A stretch of DNA of 63,745 nucleotides, filler included, from Octopus bimaculoides (Eukaryota): assembly GCF_001194135.2 (NCBI RefSeq). It is 5 parts of 5 records of this genome, joined end to end, with 100 filler letters (N's around TTAATTAATTAA, not from the genome) between each part and the next. Parts side by side here need not be neighbours in the genome. Positions count along the whole stretch, not along the records: positions 9,864 to 40,984 come from NC_068989.1; 4 more parts are not named here. The stretch is one strand, 5' to 3'. Positions 25,281-38,512 of this stretch are shown piece after piece (position 1 is the first letter of the stretch; the number at the start of each line of letters is the position of its first letter). Below the pieces are notes generated by a model that saw only the letters and a list, made by a program, of their open reading frames with translations, searched no databases and was not told where the DNA came from. The position numbers and the translations under genes are program-made.

Positions 25281-27859
25281 CATACATACACTCATCTGTG
25301 TGAGTGTATCCCACTACCACTTAACCGGTGTCGGTGTGTTTATATCCCCATAATTTAGCAGTTCGACCAAAGAGAACGATAGAGTAAGTTTTAGAATTAA
25401 AAAAAGTACTGGGGTTAATTCATTCGACTTAAAATTCTTCAAGCAGGTGCCCCAGCATGGCTGCAATCCAATTACTGCAACAAGTAAAAGATAAAAGATA
25501 TTTGGTTCAAATATCTTATTTCTAACACCTCTCTAAACATACAGTACTACCCCTAACGTCAACCCTTCACATTTACCACCCTATTAAGAACTTATAACGC
25601 CCTCAAAGAGTCATTAATGCTCTGGTTCAGAATCATTGCCTTTAACATCTAGGAGAATAATGGTGTTTAATAAAAAAATATTCATTGATTTGGTGCTTTA
25701 AAATTACATTTTAAAAAATACATTATGCTCATAGAAATCGTGTTTATTGGTCTGGCGAGACATAGAGGTAGAAAAATATTTTCGCCGTACTCTTGCTACT
25801 ACATTTTATAGCAGCAAAAGTATGGCTACATTATGTATTCAGAGTCTTCAGTGGTGCTCCTACCATCAAAATCAGATGTTCCATTCACTTACAGTTACAA
25901 GTAATCACGAGTGCAGAATAGTGTGAATAGTAAAGTGGGTGCATAATGTATTGTTGAATGTAGTGTACAAATATTTAACGTCTCTCTATACTGCAGTTAA
26001 GTCAGATGAAAAAAATAAAAAGATAGCCTGATCAGCATCACCAGTAAACTAAATAAAGAGTAAACAAAACTACACTTAGCATTAGTGCAATGAACATTAA
26101 CGATTGAGAAGAAAAAAATATGACATTACGACATATTACACTGAAAAATAAATCACAGTAATAGCAGTGAAATAGAGCAATGGAATTAATATTTTTTTTC
26201 TTTGTATAAAGAAGATGCTTAAATTATTGTGATGCTTTGATTACATTCTACACTAGATGCTATGCTATCTGAAGGGCATTAGATGTAATTTAGAAAATTG
26301 CAAGTAATTTGCAACTACCTAACTCGTTCTCCCACTTCTTAATTTTAACCGAGTGAATGTATGTAGTCACTGTTTATTCATTGTTTTCTTTAATTACTTT
26401 CCTACGTGATTATATAGAAATATCTTCATCACATGTTTTTGGTACAAATAGCAATATAAAAATTACATCTAATGAATAGTGCTCCATATAGTTCTGTAGG
26501 TGTGCCTTTGGTTTTATTTATTTTTGTACATAGGCACAACCACTTGGTTTCGGGTTCAGTCCCACTGCGTGGCACCTTGGGCAAGCGTCTTCTACTATAG
26601 TCTCAGGCCCATCAAAACCTTGAGTGGATTTGGTAGACGGAAACTGAAAGAAGCCCGTCGTATATATATATATGTATATATATGTATGTATTTATGTATT
26701 TGTGTCTATATTTGTCCACCCCCACGTCACTTGACAACCGATGCTGATGTGTTTATGTCCCCGTAACTTAGCGGCTCGGCAAAATAGATCGATAGAGTAA
26801 GTACTAGGCTTACCAGGAATAAGCCCTGGGGTCGATTTCTTCGACTAAAAAACCCTTTATGGTGGTGCTCCAACATGGTCGCAGTCAAATGACTGAAACA
26901 AGTAAAAGAATAAAAGTACAGGCGCAGGCGTGGCTGTGTGGTGAAGAAGCTCGCTTTGCAACCACGTAGTTTCGGGTCCAGCCCCACAACGCAACACCTT
27001 GGACACTTGAGCAAGTGTCTTCTACAATAGCCTCAGGCTATTGTCTATCTATCTGCCTGCCTGCCTGCCGGCCTATCTGTCTGTCTGTTTGCATGTATAG
27101 AAAAAGCCGGAAGAAAGGCTGCTAGGCATTTTATCTGGCGGGGTAACGTATCTGTCTTTGTGTACATACATATATAATGAAAATAAACTGAGAGAAATAA
27201 TTGCATGGCTAGTGGCATGTATTTAAACAAAGACAATTAAGCGAATGCCACTAAAGATGTATTCACCTCCCCCTCACACACGCACAGATATACATAGAAG
27301 TATATATGGAAAAATATACACTCATAGAAGTGTGGTAAAGAAGTCAGCTGTACCTTGAAGCCCTCGAGTTCATAATAGAGACAAGGTTGTCCTGAAACCA
27401 AAGCACCTTAGTGCAAATTCTCTAATCGAAGGGAAGTCACGCATTTCGAACTCGGTGATCAAGTTTCCTTTTATTAAATGTAAGTTTACAGTTTTACTGA
27501 GAAGTGACTGACAATTTTATTTGTTACATAAAACTCGTAAGTTTTATAAAAACTTTGTTCGTTCTCATAGTTTTCTGGACGAATTTTACGGGGGTTGGTG
27601 CAAAACGGTGGTTCTGTCACTGATATTAAACACATGCAAAGAAAATGCGATATACATTAGAACAAAATCTCAGATTCATGGAAATGGACTGAAAGACATG
27701 CATATTCATAAATGCATTTTACGCCCGTGCACATATATAAGTATATCCAAGCAGTTTGGGTTAAACATGTCAGTTTGCACAAAAGGAAAAGCAAACACAA
27801 TATCCCACCCAAAAACAAAAGTTTAGAATATATAAGAAGTTTAGAATATATAAAAATGT

Positions 27860-28520
27860 CATCCAGATTATGGCTGGTGGGTAATTTACTCAAAGTAGCC
27901 GTCCTTATCTTCCACTACAGCTTCAAGACGGCTCTGAAACCTGGTGCAGTTTTCCTCACTGTGTCCCGATGACGATTTTTGAATACCTCTTTGATTCTGG
28001 CCACCAGCTCGGTCTTGGTGTTGCAAGTGGTGTTGAAACTGGCTGGTATCTTTCTCGTCTGCACCTCACACATAGTAATCCACGGGATTACCATCACACG
28101 AATTAGGAGGCCAGAAATTGAGGTTGGTGAAGTCATAGAAATTCTACGACAATCATTTCTGACTATTTACAGAGGTTTAGCAAGGAGTTGAATCCTGCTA
28201 TAGCCTCTCCATCCGAGGTTTGACCACACTCTTCAGTGGCTTACATAGCCGTCTGAATCGATGTAGGGTGACATGACGTCACTCTCACTGGTAACACACC
28301 AAAAGACACACACTGGAGATACACCCAATGTTAGCTGACATAAGAAGACTAGAAGAAAATCTGTATATTGGGAAAGAGTTACCTTTATTATGATGATTCG
28401 CGCCGGGTATCAAAATGCCGACATCATGACTGCTGCTCAATGCTCTGTGAACACTGTAAAGACAGTAAGACGTAACATGGGTAGCTGCAACAGAGACTAC
28501 GGAGCCGAGGGGAACAGGAA
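27860..28520. mobile_element. Degenerate DD37D-related transposon pieces in opposite orientations
   Basis: Minus 27860-28250: QDSTPC...NFWPPNSCDGNPVDYYV...TCNTKTELVARIKEVF. Plus 28390-28520: MIRAGYQNADIMTAAQCSVNTVKTVRR (N-terminal HTH-like). Confidence 0.65.
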
Positions 28521-29298
28521 GAGGCATTTGGCAATATTTTTGAGTTTGTGGCTAAAAGGGTTCATTGCTCTTGTTACTGTTAGTGCCTACGAGATAATCC
28601 TGAATTTACCAAGCGGTCCAAAGGCCTCCGTCGGTCAAGGCTGATCATACATCTGCACATGGAACTAGTAATGGCGGAATCAGACCTCGCTAGACAGACT
28701 TCTTTCATAACCATCACCATTACTTACCAACCGTTAAGATTCTACAAGTCTCCGTGTTTCTTGTCTGTGTGCAGTGTTTGCTTCTGTTATTTTTCTCTAT
28801 TGTACTAGGAGAACCTTAAGTTTTATATGTGTATTTCTAGTAGAATTACTTTTTTCTATGCTTTGTATATGCATAAATACTTTTGTATTCTACATAATGT
28901 TTGTGCATTCCTCAGTAGTGTTGTCTGTATGATGTGTATGTAAACCCTAGGATAATCTGCATAACATTTCTGTATTGTTTTGTAGTGACAGTTACTGCAT
29001 ATCGTATATATATATATATATATATATATATGTAAAACCTACCGTAAGAAATAAGTAATATTTTTGCCGTGCCTAGTACTATTTTCTTTTTTCATTTTTA
29101 TGTGTATGCAAGTGATGTTAGGCGCGAACAGATGTATGCTCGGCGTAAATGACTATTCATCAAGTTTTCGATGACTACCATCTCCAGCATTAATGTACAA
29201 TCTATCAGCTCTGCTAAATAACTGTCTTTTTCTTTTGATCACTCTAATTGAATGAAACTTTTATCGATATTTATTTCAAACTTTAATTCACTTTGCAG

Positions 29299-29380
29299 AG
29301 AATTTCTGCTTACAACACGGTTGAACACAATGGCATCAATATTGTTGGTGAAGAACTGAAGAAAAACAACATCGGTGATG
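29299..29380 (+). other. Candidate 82-bp plus-strand exon of unknown identity
   Basis: ctttaattcactttgcag|...|gtaaat; only one frame is open: RISAYNTVEHNGINIVGEELKKNNIGD. No recognisable homology. Confidence 0.3.
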
Positions 29381-30162
29381 GTAAATAAACTCTTATTAAT
29401 TGTAGTTATGAAAGAAATGGAAAAAATATATTTTCCTTGGACTTAATGATGACTCTATAATTGCTATAAAATGTGAAAAAAGAAAAAAAAAGATCATTGA
29501 TTGGCTATATAAATTGTTGAAAATATACTGGGACGAATTTCACCCAGAGCTAAACTATTTCACGACAAAACAATTACGTCAATAAGCACATTTGCTGAAC
29601 GTAAAAGTAAGGCTGTCGATTGTAATTTTATTTCTTGAAGTGAGAACAATATGCAAATAACAGTAAACGAACAACATGTCTACATCATGTCTGCCTCAAT
29701 TATTTCACTGTGTGATAGCAGAACAGTCTCGTGAGGTGGCACACTGGTTGACAGCTTGCTTGTATGTAGATGTCAATGACCACACTAGAGCTGAGCATCC
29801 ATAAGAAACTACTTGTGACCATGTCGATAATAAGTGTATTAAAGGCGAAGAAAGTGAAGACTATAAACATTTGGAAAGGTTTCTCTTAATGAAATAATTA
29901 AAGAAATTAACTCGTCTAAAGCTATAGCTGTAAGATAAACTATATTTAACTAGTATTACAGAAAATCCCGTCTAGCTGATTTTTATGATAATTAATGATG
30001 GAGGGCGATAATGATTACAAAAAAGAAGTTTGGTAAGAAGATTGCTTCCCAACCATACGGTATGGAGGTTTAGTCCCACTTCGTAGCACCTTGGCAAGTG
30101 TCTTCTACTTTAGACTTGTGAGTGTATTTAGTAGACGGAAACAGAAAGAAGCCCGTTGTATA

Positions 30163-30251
<89 letters not shown>

Positions 30252-30259
30252 ACACACAT

Positions 30260-32040
30260 ACATAGAGGGATGATGTCAGTAAGGTGAAGGTTAGCAACGA
30301 CTATACCAATGGATTTAGGGTACAAGTAGGAGTTCACCAAGGATCGGTCCTCAGCCTCCTTTTTTTCATCATAGTCCTCCATGCAATAACAGAGGTGTTT
30401 AAGATGGGCTGCCTCTGGGAGTTCCTCTATGCTGATGACCTTGTTCTTATAGCCGAATCACTACCGGAACTAGGGAAGAAATTTCAGGCGTGAAAGCAAG
30501 ATCTAGAATCGAAGGGCCTTTAGAGTTAATCTCGCAAAAGCCAAAGTCTTAGTGAGCAGAAGAGCAGACAAATCACAAATCCCTTCAGGTAGATGGCCCT
30601 ACTCGGTCTGTAGAAAAGGCATAGGTAGAAACTCCACAAGGCGGCGAGCTGGCAGAAACGTTAGCACACCGGGTGAAATGCTTAGCGGTATTTCGTCTGC
30701 CGATACGTTCTGAGTTCAAATTCCGCCGAGGTCGACTTTGCCTTTCATCCTTTCGGGGTCGATAAATTAAGTACCAGTTACGCACTGGGGTCGATGTGAT
30801 CGACTTAATCCCTTTGTCTGTCCTTGGTTGTCCCCTCTGTGTTTAGCCCCTTGTGGGCAATAAAGAAATAAGAAACTCCATAAGATGTACCCCGTGTAAG
30901 CTATGGACACATAAGAACTGCAGCAATATCAGAGGGAAGTTAACAGGGAAAATAGTTTTTGTGTGTGGAAGGTGCACAGGTATAATTAACACTAAAATTG
31001 TACAGAAAATAGACTCTAGCAAATGCCAGTGGGGAAAACTAGAAGTAGTCGATAGCTTCCATTACCTAGGTGATCAAATCAGTAGCGGGGTGGATCCTCT
31101 GAGAGCATAGCTGTTAGAATGAGAATAGGCTGGGCAAAGTTCAGAGAGCTCCTACCTCTGTTGGTAACAAATAGCTTCTCTCTCAGTGAAAGGCAGATCG
31201 TATGATGCCTATGTGCGAACAACCATGCTACACAGCCGTGAAACATGGGCTATGACCGCCGAAGACCTGCGTAGGAAGACATGAAGCTAGTATGTTTCGC
31301 CGGATGTGTAATGTCAGCGTGCATGAGAAAAGTTGGGCATGAAAGATGTGGTGTGCAAGAGTGACAACCGCGGTGGTATGGTCATGAGATGTGTATGGAC
31401 GAAGACATCTGTGTGAAAAAGTGCCGAACTCTAACAGTGGAGGGAACCTGTGGAAGAGGTAGACCCAGGAAGACATGGGACGAGGCGGTGAAGCATGATT
31501 TTCGAATGTTGGGCCTCACGGGGGCAAAGGCAAGTGAGCGAGACCTTTGGTGATATATCGTGCTTGAGAAGACCCATCAAGCAAAGTGAGGTCGTAACCG
31601 TGACCGATGTCATTGTTGCGTAACTGGCACGTAAGAAGCACCCTTCGAATGTTGGGCGATAGCCGTACTTAAGAAGACCCATGAAGCCAAGTAAAATCGT
31701 AGTCGTGACCGATGCAAGTGACGTGTAACTGGAACCAGTGCCGGTAGTACGTAAAATGCATCATTCAATCGTTTGGTTTCAAGGAGGCTATATCAGGTGA
31801 CCGAGACCTTTGGTGGTATACCGTGCTTTGTGATCTTAGTCGTGGCCGATGCCGGTGTTCTATAACTGGCACCCATGCCAGTGGCACATAAAAAGCGTTC
31901 ACTACACTTGGAGTGGTTGGCGTTAGAAAACATGCCAAATTAGAGTGGAAACTGGCGCAGCTTACCAGTTTTCAGTCAAGCCGTTCAACCCATGTCAGCA
32001 TGGAAAACGGACGTTGAATGATGATGGTGATGATGATAAT
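30260..32040 (+). mobile_element. RTE-clade LINE, 5'-truncated (RT C-terminal half, zinc finger, 3' UTR, (GAT)n tail), with a nested SINE
   Basis: VGVHQGSVLSLLFFIIV...LYADDLVLIAES; CTPCKLWTHKNCS; GTCGRGRPRKTW; tail CAACCCATGTCAGCATGGAAAACGGACGTTGAATGATGATG. Confidence 0.9.
30641..30870 (+). mobile_element. tRNA-derived SINE family B nested in the RTE LINE; further copies at about 11683-11900, 18170-18350, 19270-19465, 19730-19920, 45400-45545, 46470-46575, 47170-47330, 47735-47950
   Basis: GGCGGCGAGCTGGCAGAA...GAGTTCAAATTCCGCCGAGGTCGACTTTGCCTTTCATCCTTTCGGGGTCGATAAA; TSD AGAAACTCCA(C/T)AAG at 30627-30640 and 30871-30884. Confidence 0.9.
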
Positions 32041-32080
32041 GATTATATATACATATATATATGTATATGTGCATGCATGC

Positions 32081-32113
<33 letters not shown>

Positions 32114-32521
32114 TGTGTGTATTTGTGTCTGTATTTGTCCCCCATCACCGCTGATGGCCGGTGTCGGTGTGTTTACGTCCTCGTAACTTAGCGGTTTGGT
32201 AAAAGACACCGATAGAATAAGTACCAGGCTTAAAAAGAAAATAAGTACTAAGGTCGATTGATTCCGCAAATTGGTACCCCAGCATGACCGCACTCTGATG
32301 ACTGAAACAAGTAAAAGATAAAAGATTTTGGGAAGTAATAATCTTTGGTATTCACTTTCGAAAACTGTTAAGCGATATTTTGAAGATGAAAATATAAACT
32401 GATCTACAAAAAATCACTATCTTGGATTTGGAAATGAGGAAAATACGAGACCTTTCATTTACGGAGTCCCATGAACTATGAGTCAATAATTACATGTAAA
32501 TAAATAGCTACACTTCATACT

Positions 32522-32903
32522 GTGGAGGCGCAATGGCCCAGTGGTAAGGGCAGCGGACTCGCGGTCAAAGGATCGCGGTTTCCAGACCGGGCGTTGTGAG
32601 TGTTTATTGAGCGAAAACACCTAAAGCTCCATGAGGCTCCGGCAGGGGATGGTGGCGAACACTGCTGTACTCTTTCACCACAACTTTCTCTCACTCTTAC
32701 TTCCTGTTTCTGTTGTGCCTGTATTTCAAAGGGCCAGCCTTGTCACTCTGTGTCACGGTGAATATCCTCGAGAATTACGTTAAGGGTACACGTGTCTGTG
32801 GAGTGCTCAGCCACTTGCACGTTAATTTCACGAGCAGGCTATTCCGTTGATCGGATCAACTGGAACCCTCGACGTCGTAAGCGACGGAGTGCCAACAACA
32901 ACA
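32522..32903 (+). mobile_element. tRNA-derived SINE family C, second full-length copy
   Basis: Highly similar to 19984-20369; 12-bp TSD ACACTTCATACT at 32510-32521 and 32904-32915. Confidence 0.9.
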
Positions 32904-33177
32904 ACACTTCATACTTAGAGTGATTGAAAGATACAATTTAAGATATCTCCGAAGATAATAAGAAGCGACAATAGACTGATCTTTCTCAACGGGAGATAAA
33001 GTATTATCTTAGCGGAATAGCAATATAGCAAGCTGGCTGGGTGAAAAATATCCAAGTTCTACTGATTTCCTATTCATCTCATTCCTATTTACAATTATAA
33101 TTGAGATTCGATGTGGTCAAACAATTTGATTGTTTAAGATTTAGAGTTGCTCCTGCCTGTCTTGAGAAGATCAAGGC

Positions 33178-33178
<1 letters not shown>

Positions 33179-33260
<82 letters not shown>
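33179..33260. repeat. (AG)n microsatellite
   Basis: Directly visible. Confidence 0.95.
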
Positions 33261-33265
<5 letters not shown>

Positions 33266-34673
33266 GCGAATAATTTACTTGTTCCGGAAGTTTAGACTGC
33301 ACTATCTACACATGCACAAGTATAAACATACAGACATGCACACATACATATACATTAATCAAAAATTACTGATCAAGAAACGCAATGACATGCAAATGAA
33401 CACATGCATACATAAACTTACGTGTGCAGATATATATATATATACATCTGAATACATGTATATAATCATGTATGCACACACACACGCACACATATGTGTA
33501 TATATATATATATATACATGCATACACACAGACCACACACATCCACACGTAGTTAATGTCTAAAATTCAATGAAAATGTATTGTTTTGGGATTTAAGTTG
33601 AGAGAAATTGGTAAAATATACCAGAAATACCTGTTTATATGTATGAATGTATATAGGTGCAAGCGTGGCTGTATGGTAAGAAGCTTGGATCTCAACCACA
33701 TAGTTCCGGGTTCAGTCCCACTGCGTGGCACCTTTGGCAAGTGTCTTCTACTATAGCTTGGGGCCGAGTAAGCCTTGTGAGTGGATTTGATAGACGGAAA
33801 CTGAAAGGAGATCGTCGTATGTATATATATATATATATATAATTTTATTTGTTTTAGTCATTTTTGTCGGCGGCCATGCTGGAGCACCGCAAATCAACCC
33901 CAGGACTTACGCTTTGTAAGCATAGTACTTATTCTATCGGGCTCTTTTGCCGAACCGCTAAGTTACGGGGACGTAAACACACCAGCATCGGTTGTCAAGT
34001 GATGTTGGGGGAACAAACACAGATACACAAACATTTACACGCACACACACGCGCGCGCATATATATATATATANNNNNNNNNNNNNNNNNNNNNNNNNNN
34101 NNNNNNNNNNNNNNNNNNNNNNNNNNNNNNNNNNNNNNNNNNNNNNNNNNNNNNNNNNNNNNNNNNNNNNNNNNNNNNNNNNNNNNNNNNNNNNNNNNNN
34201 NNNNNNNNNNNNNNNNNNNNNNNNNNNNNNNNNNNNNNNNNNNNNNNNNNNNNNNNNNNNNNNNNNNNNNNNNNNNNNNNNNNNNNNNNNNNNNNNNNNN
34301 NNNNNNNNNNNNNNNNNNNNNNNNNNNNNNNNNNNNNNNNNNNNNNNNNNNNNNNNNNNNNNNNNNNNNNNNNNNNNNNNNNNNNNNNNNNNNNNNNNNN
34401 NNNNNNNNNNNNNNNNNNNNNNNNNNNNNNNNNNNNNNNNNNNNNNNNNNNNNNNNNNNNNNNNNNNNNNNNNNNNNNNNNNNNNNNNNNNNNNNNNNNN
34501 NNNNNNNNNNNNNNNNNNNNNNNNNNNNNNNNNNNNNNNNNNNNNNNNNNNNNNNNNNNNNNNNNNNNNNNNNNNNNNNNNNNNNNNNNNTTGTGTGCGT
34601 CTTTGTGTCTGTGTTTGTCCCCCACCCCACCATCACTTGACAACCGATGTTGGTGTGTTTACGTCCCAATATA

Positions 34674-35939
34674 TCAGGTCGTCCCATAAGTTCTGTCCGA
34701 ATTTTGAATAAAGAAAACAAGTGATCAAATGTTATATTTAATTGAAATTTAATCATCAATGTACTTTCCCTGATTATCTATGACTTCATTCCATCTATTT
34801 ACAAGCTTTTTAATCCTATCAATGTAAAACTCTTTTGGTTTCAAAGTGAAGAACTCTGAAATGTCAGTTTCAACCTCCTCCTGGCTTGCGAAAGTTATGT
34901 CTCCCGAAACAAATTGTAGTCTGGAGCAAGGTCTGGAGAATAAGGTGGATGAGGAATTTTTTCCCAACCAAGCTCTTCGATCTTCTATGATGTGAACTTT
35001 GCAGTGTGTGGTTGCACATTGTCCTGATGAAACATCACTCCTTTTCGATTCATTAAAGTGGGTCTCTTTTCCTTCAAAGCTTGGTTCAAACGCTCTAATT
35101 GCTGACCGTAGACTTGAGCATTGATTGTTGCATTAGGTGGTAACAGTTCAAAGTGAATTACTCCTTTGCAATTCCACCAGATAGAGAGAAGAACCTTTTT
35201 CCCATGAAGTTCCCTTCTCGGTTGCGGTTGAGCTTTTTCCCTTTTACTAAGCCACTGTTTACGACGTGTAACATTTTGATAGAAGATCCATTTTCGTCAC
35301 CAGTCACAAGTCTACCAAAAAAAGGGGTGAAATGAGTTCGGAAGAATGGAGAGAAGAGCAGATATCAACTCGGGTTTTGCGGTTGCTTTCGGACAATTCA
35401 TGAGGCACCCATTTTCCAAGTTTAGGAACTTTCCAAGTTGTTGAAGATAAACGATGAACAGTTGTATGATCTGAACTAAGCGTTATTGCAAATTCTTTAA
35501 CTGATAATGCAGGTTTTTCTTCAAGTAATGCCTCAAGGAGCTTATCATCAAACTCAACTGGACATCCAGTTCGATCTTCATCTTCAAGGCTGAAATCGCC
35601 ACTTCTGAATTTTGCAAACCATCTTCTGCAAGTTCTTTCATTCAAGCATTCTTTCCATAAACTGAGTGTATGTTTCGAGTCGCTTCGGCTGCAGAGTTTC
35701 CTTATTTGTACTCATAAAGCATTATGTGCCTTAAATACTCTTTGGATACTTCCATGTCAGAAAGGGTTTTAATCAAAGAAATTTTAATTCTATAATTCTG
35801 TAAAATAATATCTAATTAGTTTAAATGTACACAAATGCATAAAAATAATTTTTAATTCCATTAGACATTCTAAAATACTATTAAATTTCATTCAATTTTA
35901 AAAAGGGTAAAATCGGACAGAACTTATGGGACGACCTGA
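34674..35939 (-). mobile_element. Mariner-family transposon, full length (1266 bp), degenerate transposase
   Basis: 27-bp identical TIRs TCAGGTCGTCCCATAAGTTCTGTCCGA; TA TSDs at 34672-34673 and 35940-35941; peptides ERTCRRWFAKFRSGDFSLEDEDRTG.P, LGKWVPHEL, FYIDRIKKLVNRWNEVIDNQGKY. Confidence 0.92.
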
Positions 35940-37585
35940 TACATCGATAGAATAAGTACTAGGCTTACAAAGAATAAGTCCTGGGGTCTATTTTTGCGAC
36001 TAAAACCTCTTTATGGCTGCAGTCAAATGACTAAACAAGTAACAGAGTAATAGAATAACACATACACTCACATATGTTTACACAAAATACGCACGAAAGC
36101 ATATACTCACAATCCACGCTGTATTGATACTCGGCTTTCAACCTTGTTGCATGGTGTAAATGAAGTAAGTCACTCACATTCTTATTTACAATTTTAATAA
36201 TTAGATTGCACTCTTGTTTTGAGTCAATTTGGAAGTTCATATAAGCGATCCTTGATGTATCTTAAACGCCAAACATATTGGTGCGATCCGCTTTCCAAGC
36301 TACCTAAAAGCTCCGTAATTTAACCAAAGGACATCACTTCACACCAAGACAGAATATATATATATATAATATATATATTCAATAAAAATATGGTTATGAT
36401 TTTGTATACATATATATTCAAATATGTTTATGTCCTATATGGGCACAAAAGAAGATTCTATCCGTAGAACAACAAAATCGATTTTAATGAACTCCAGCAC
36501 AATGCTGGAATTTATTAATTAATCTCAGAAGGAAGAAGTGTAAGACAATTCATGGGGATTTGAAATCAGATCATCCAAAATATATGTAATTAAATATTAA
36601 AAAGCATTTAATCCAGTACTCATAATTTCAGTTAACTGGCTGCTCTTGTCAGAGTCTGACAGGAATAAAATTTCCACGTTTCATATATCTAATTATAATA
36701 TTGATTTCTAACCAAGGCGCAAAGTCATACATTTTGTAGCTGGATATAGTCGATTATATCGACCCCACCTCTGTACTTGACAACCATTTTATTTTATTGA
36801 ACCCGGAAAGATGAAAGGCAAAGTTCACCTCGGCAGCTTTGAACACAGAAAGTAAAGAGAGAATGATATTATTACGTTAATTCAGAAGATTCCGAGTAAA
36901 AGAAAGTATGTGCTGAATCAATATTTCGAAGACATTAAGTCTGAAGTATGAGTTATGTAGAAATCAGACTTTTACTCCACAAATATCTTATTTTTAAGTG
37001 AAGCGATTTCCTTCATAAGAGATTTTGTTGGTATTGTTTGTTTAAAGATATACGAATTCCAAACAGGATTTTGATTTCAACAAACTACTTCATTGAATCA
37101 AGTAGATGCGGTATACAATATGAGGTTATTTGTCAGAAACGCAAGCATCGACTATTTATTTGAAAATTGCAGAAACAGGCTTCATGTTACAAAGTTCTCA
37201 AAAGATTTCTGTATTAAGGAGACAGATTGTTTATCTGCCGTGTTTCTTTACGAGTTTACAGGACTAAGGAAAATTGTCGATATCAACTGTTGATACAAGC
37301 CTTTGAACACGGTTAATGGTAACTAGACGTAGGGTTACACGATGAGTCCGATATTTCCATTCCTTAGGGAAAAAAACAAAACAAAGATAAAAACAAAAGT
37401 AAAACCCCCCAGAAGGAACAAAGAATCATTTCACTACTCGTACCTTTTTTTCTAGAGTTGTGGTTGTAGAATTGAATTTAATGGCATATTGCTAGCGCTT
37501 CACGTTGTATATACTTTATTTTATATTTACTCTCGCATGCAACTGCAAAGTGTTTTAACTCCTATGATAGACAAAAACGTGTATA

Positions 37586-37627
<42 letters not shown>

Positions 37628-37628
<1 letters not shown>

Positions 37629-38512
37629 CGACTTAAATGAGAGCTCAAAACTGATCCATTGAAAATACTTTATTATAATAATAATAATGAAAATGACCTA
37701 TGATCATTTCGATGCAATATCCAGATCGATTCATGCATATTATAAAATATTATAAAATATGGGATAATGCATCTCCTCAGGGCCTTATTATTATTATTAG
37801 TAGTAGGTAGACAATAAAAATAGATAACATTTATATACAATTTTCATAGTTGACCTATGAAAACATGCAAAAAAAAATCAGGTTGAAAAAACATGAGATG
37901 ATATACAACCGTTCATCATAATGGTATTGAAATCAAGCAAATGATTCAAATTAATGATGGTAGACTATGAAGTTCAGTTATGAACCAATCCGGAACGCTG
38001 TAGATTTCAAAAAAGAAACGTTGGAGTTATAAACATAAAAATAAATACAAAATTCATACCGAAGAAAAAAAACATTTAGATATTTAAAAAAAACATTTAA
38101 AATACAAGATCCTGGTCAAATAGAAATATACCTAAAAAGTAATGCTCATATATGATATACTCAAGTATACATAATCTAAAAAAGCCTTATACTAATTTAG
38201 TATTTATAAGTAAAAAGCCTCATAAGGTTATTCAAGCCTACAAGGTTATAGAGAATAAATTATCTACATTAAAACACATTCAAATTATAGTTAACAAGTT
38301 ACAAAAGAAAAAAAAAACTAATTAGCTAAGTGACAAAGTTAAATATACCGAAGAAAATTAGACATATTATAAATTAGACATATTTTATAATATTTTATAA
38401 TATGCATGAATCGATCGGGATATTGCATCGAAATGATCATAGATCATTTTCATTATTATTATTATAATAAAGTATTTTCAATGGATCAGTTTTGAACTCT
38501 CATTTAAGTCGA
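37628..38512. mobile_element. Foldback/MITE-like element with ~134-bp terminal inverted repeats, inserted in (TA)n
   Basis: 37628-37761 is the near-perfect reverse complement of 38379-38512 (TCGACTTAAATGAGAG(C/T)TCAAAACTGATCCATTGAAAATACTTTATTATAAT...). Confidence 0.85.

Noticed and set aside
33864-34759. Long ORFs of 200+ aa (also 24920-25358 and 38492-39229)
   Set aside because: Consist mostly of X residues from N gaps.
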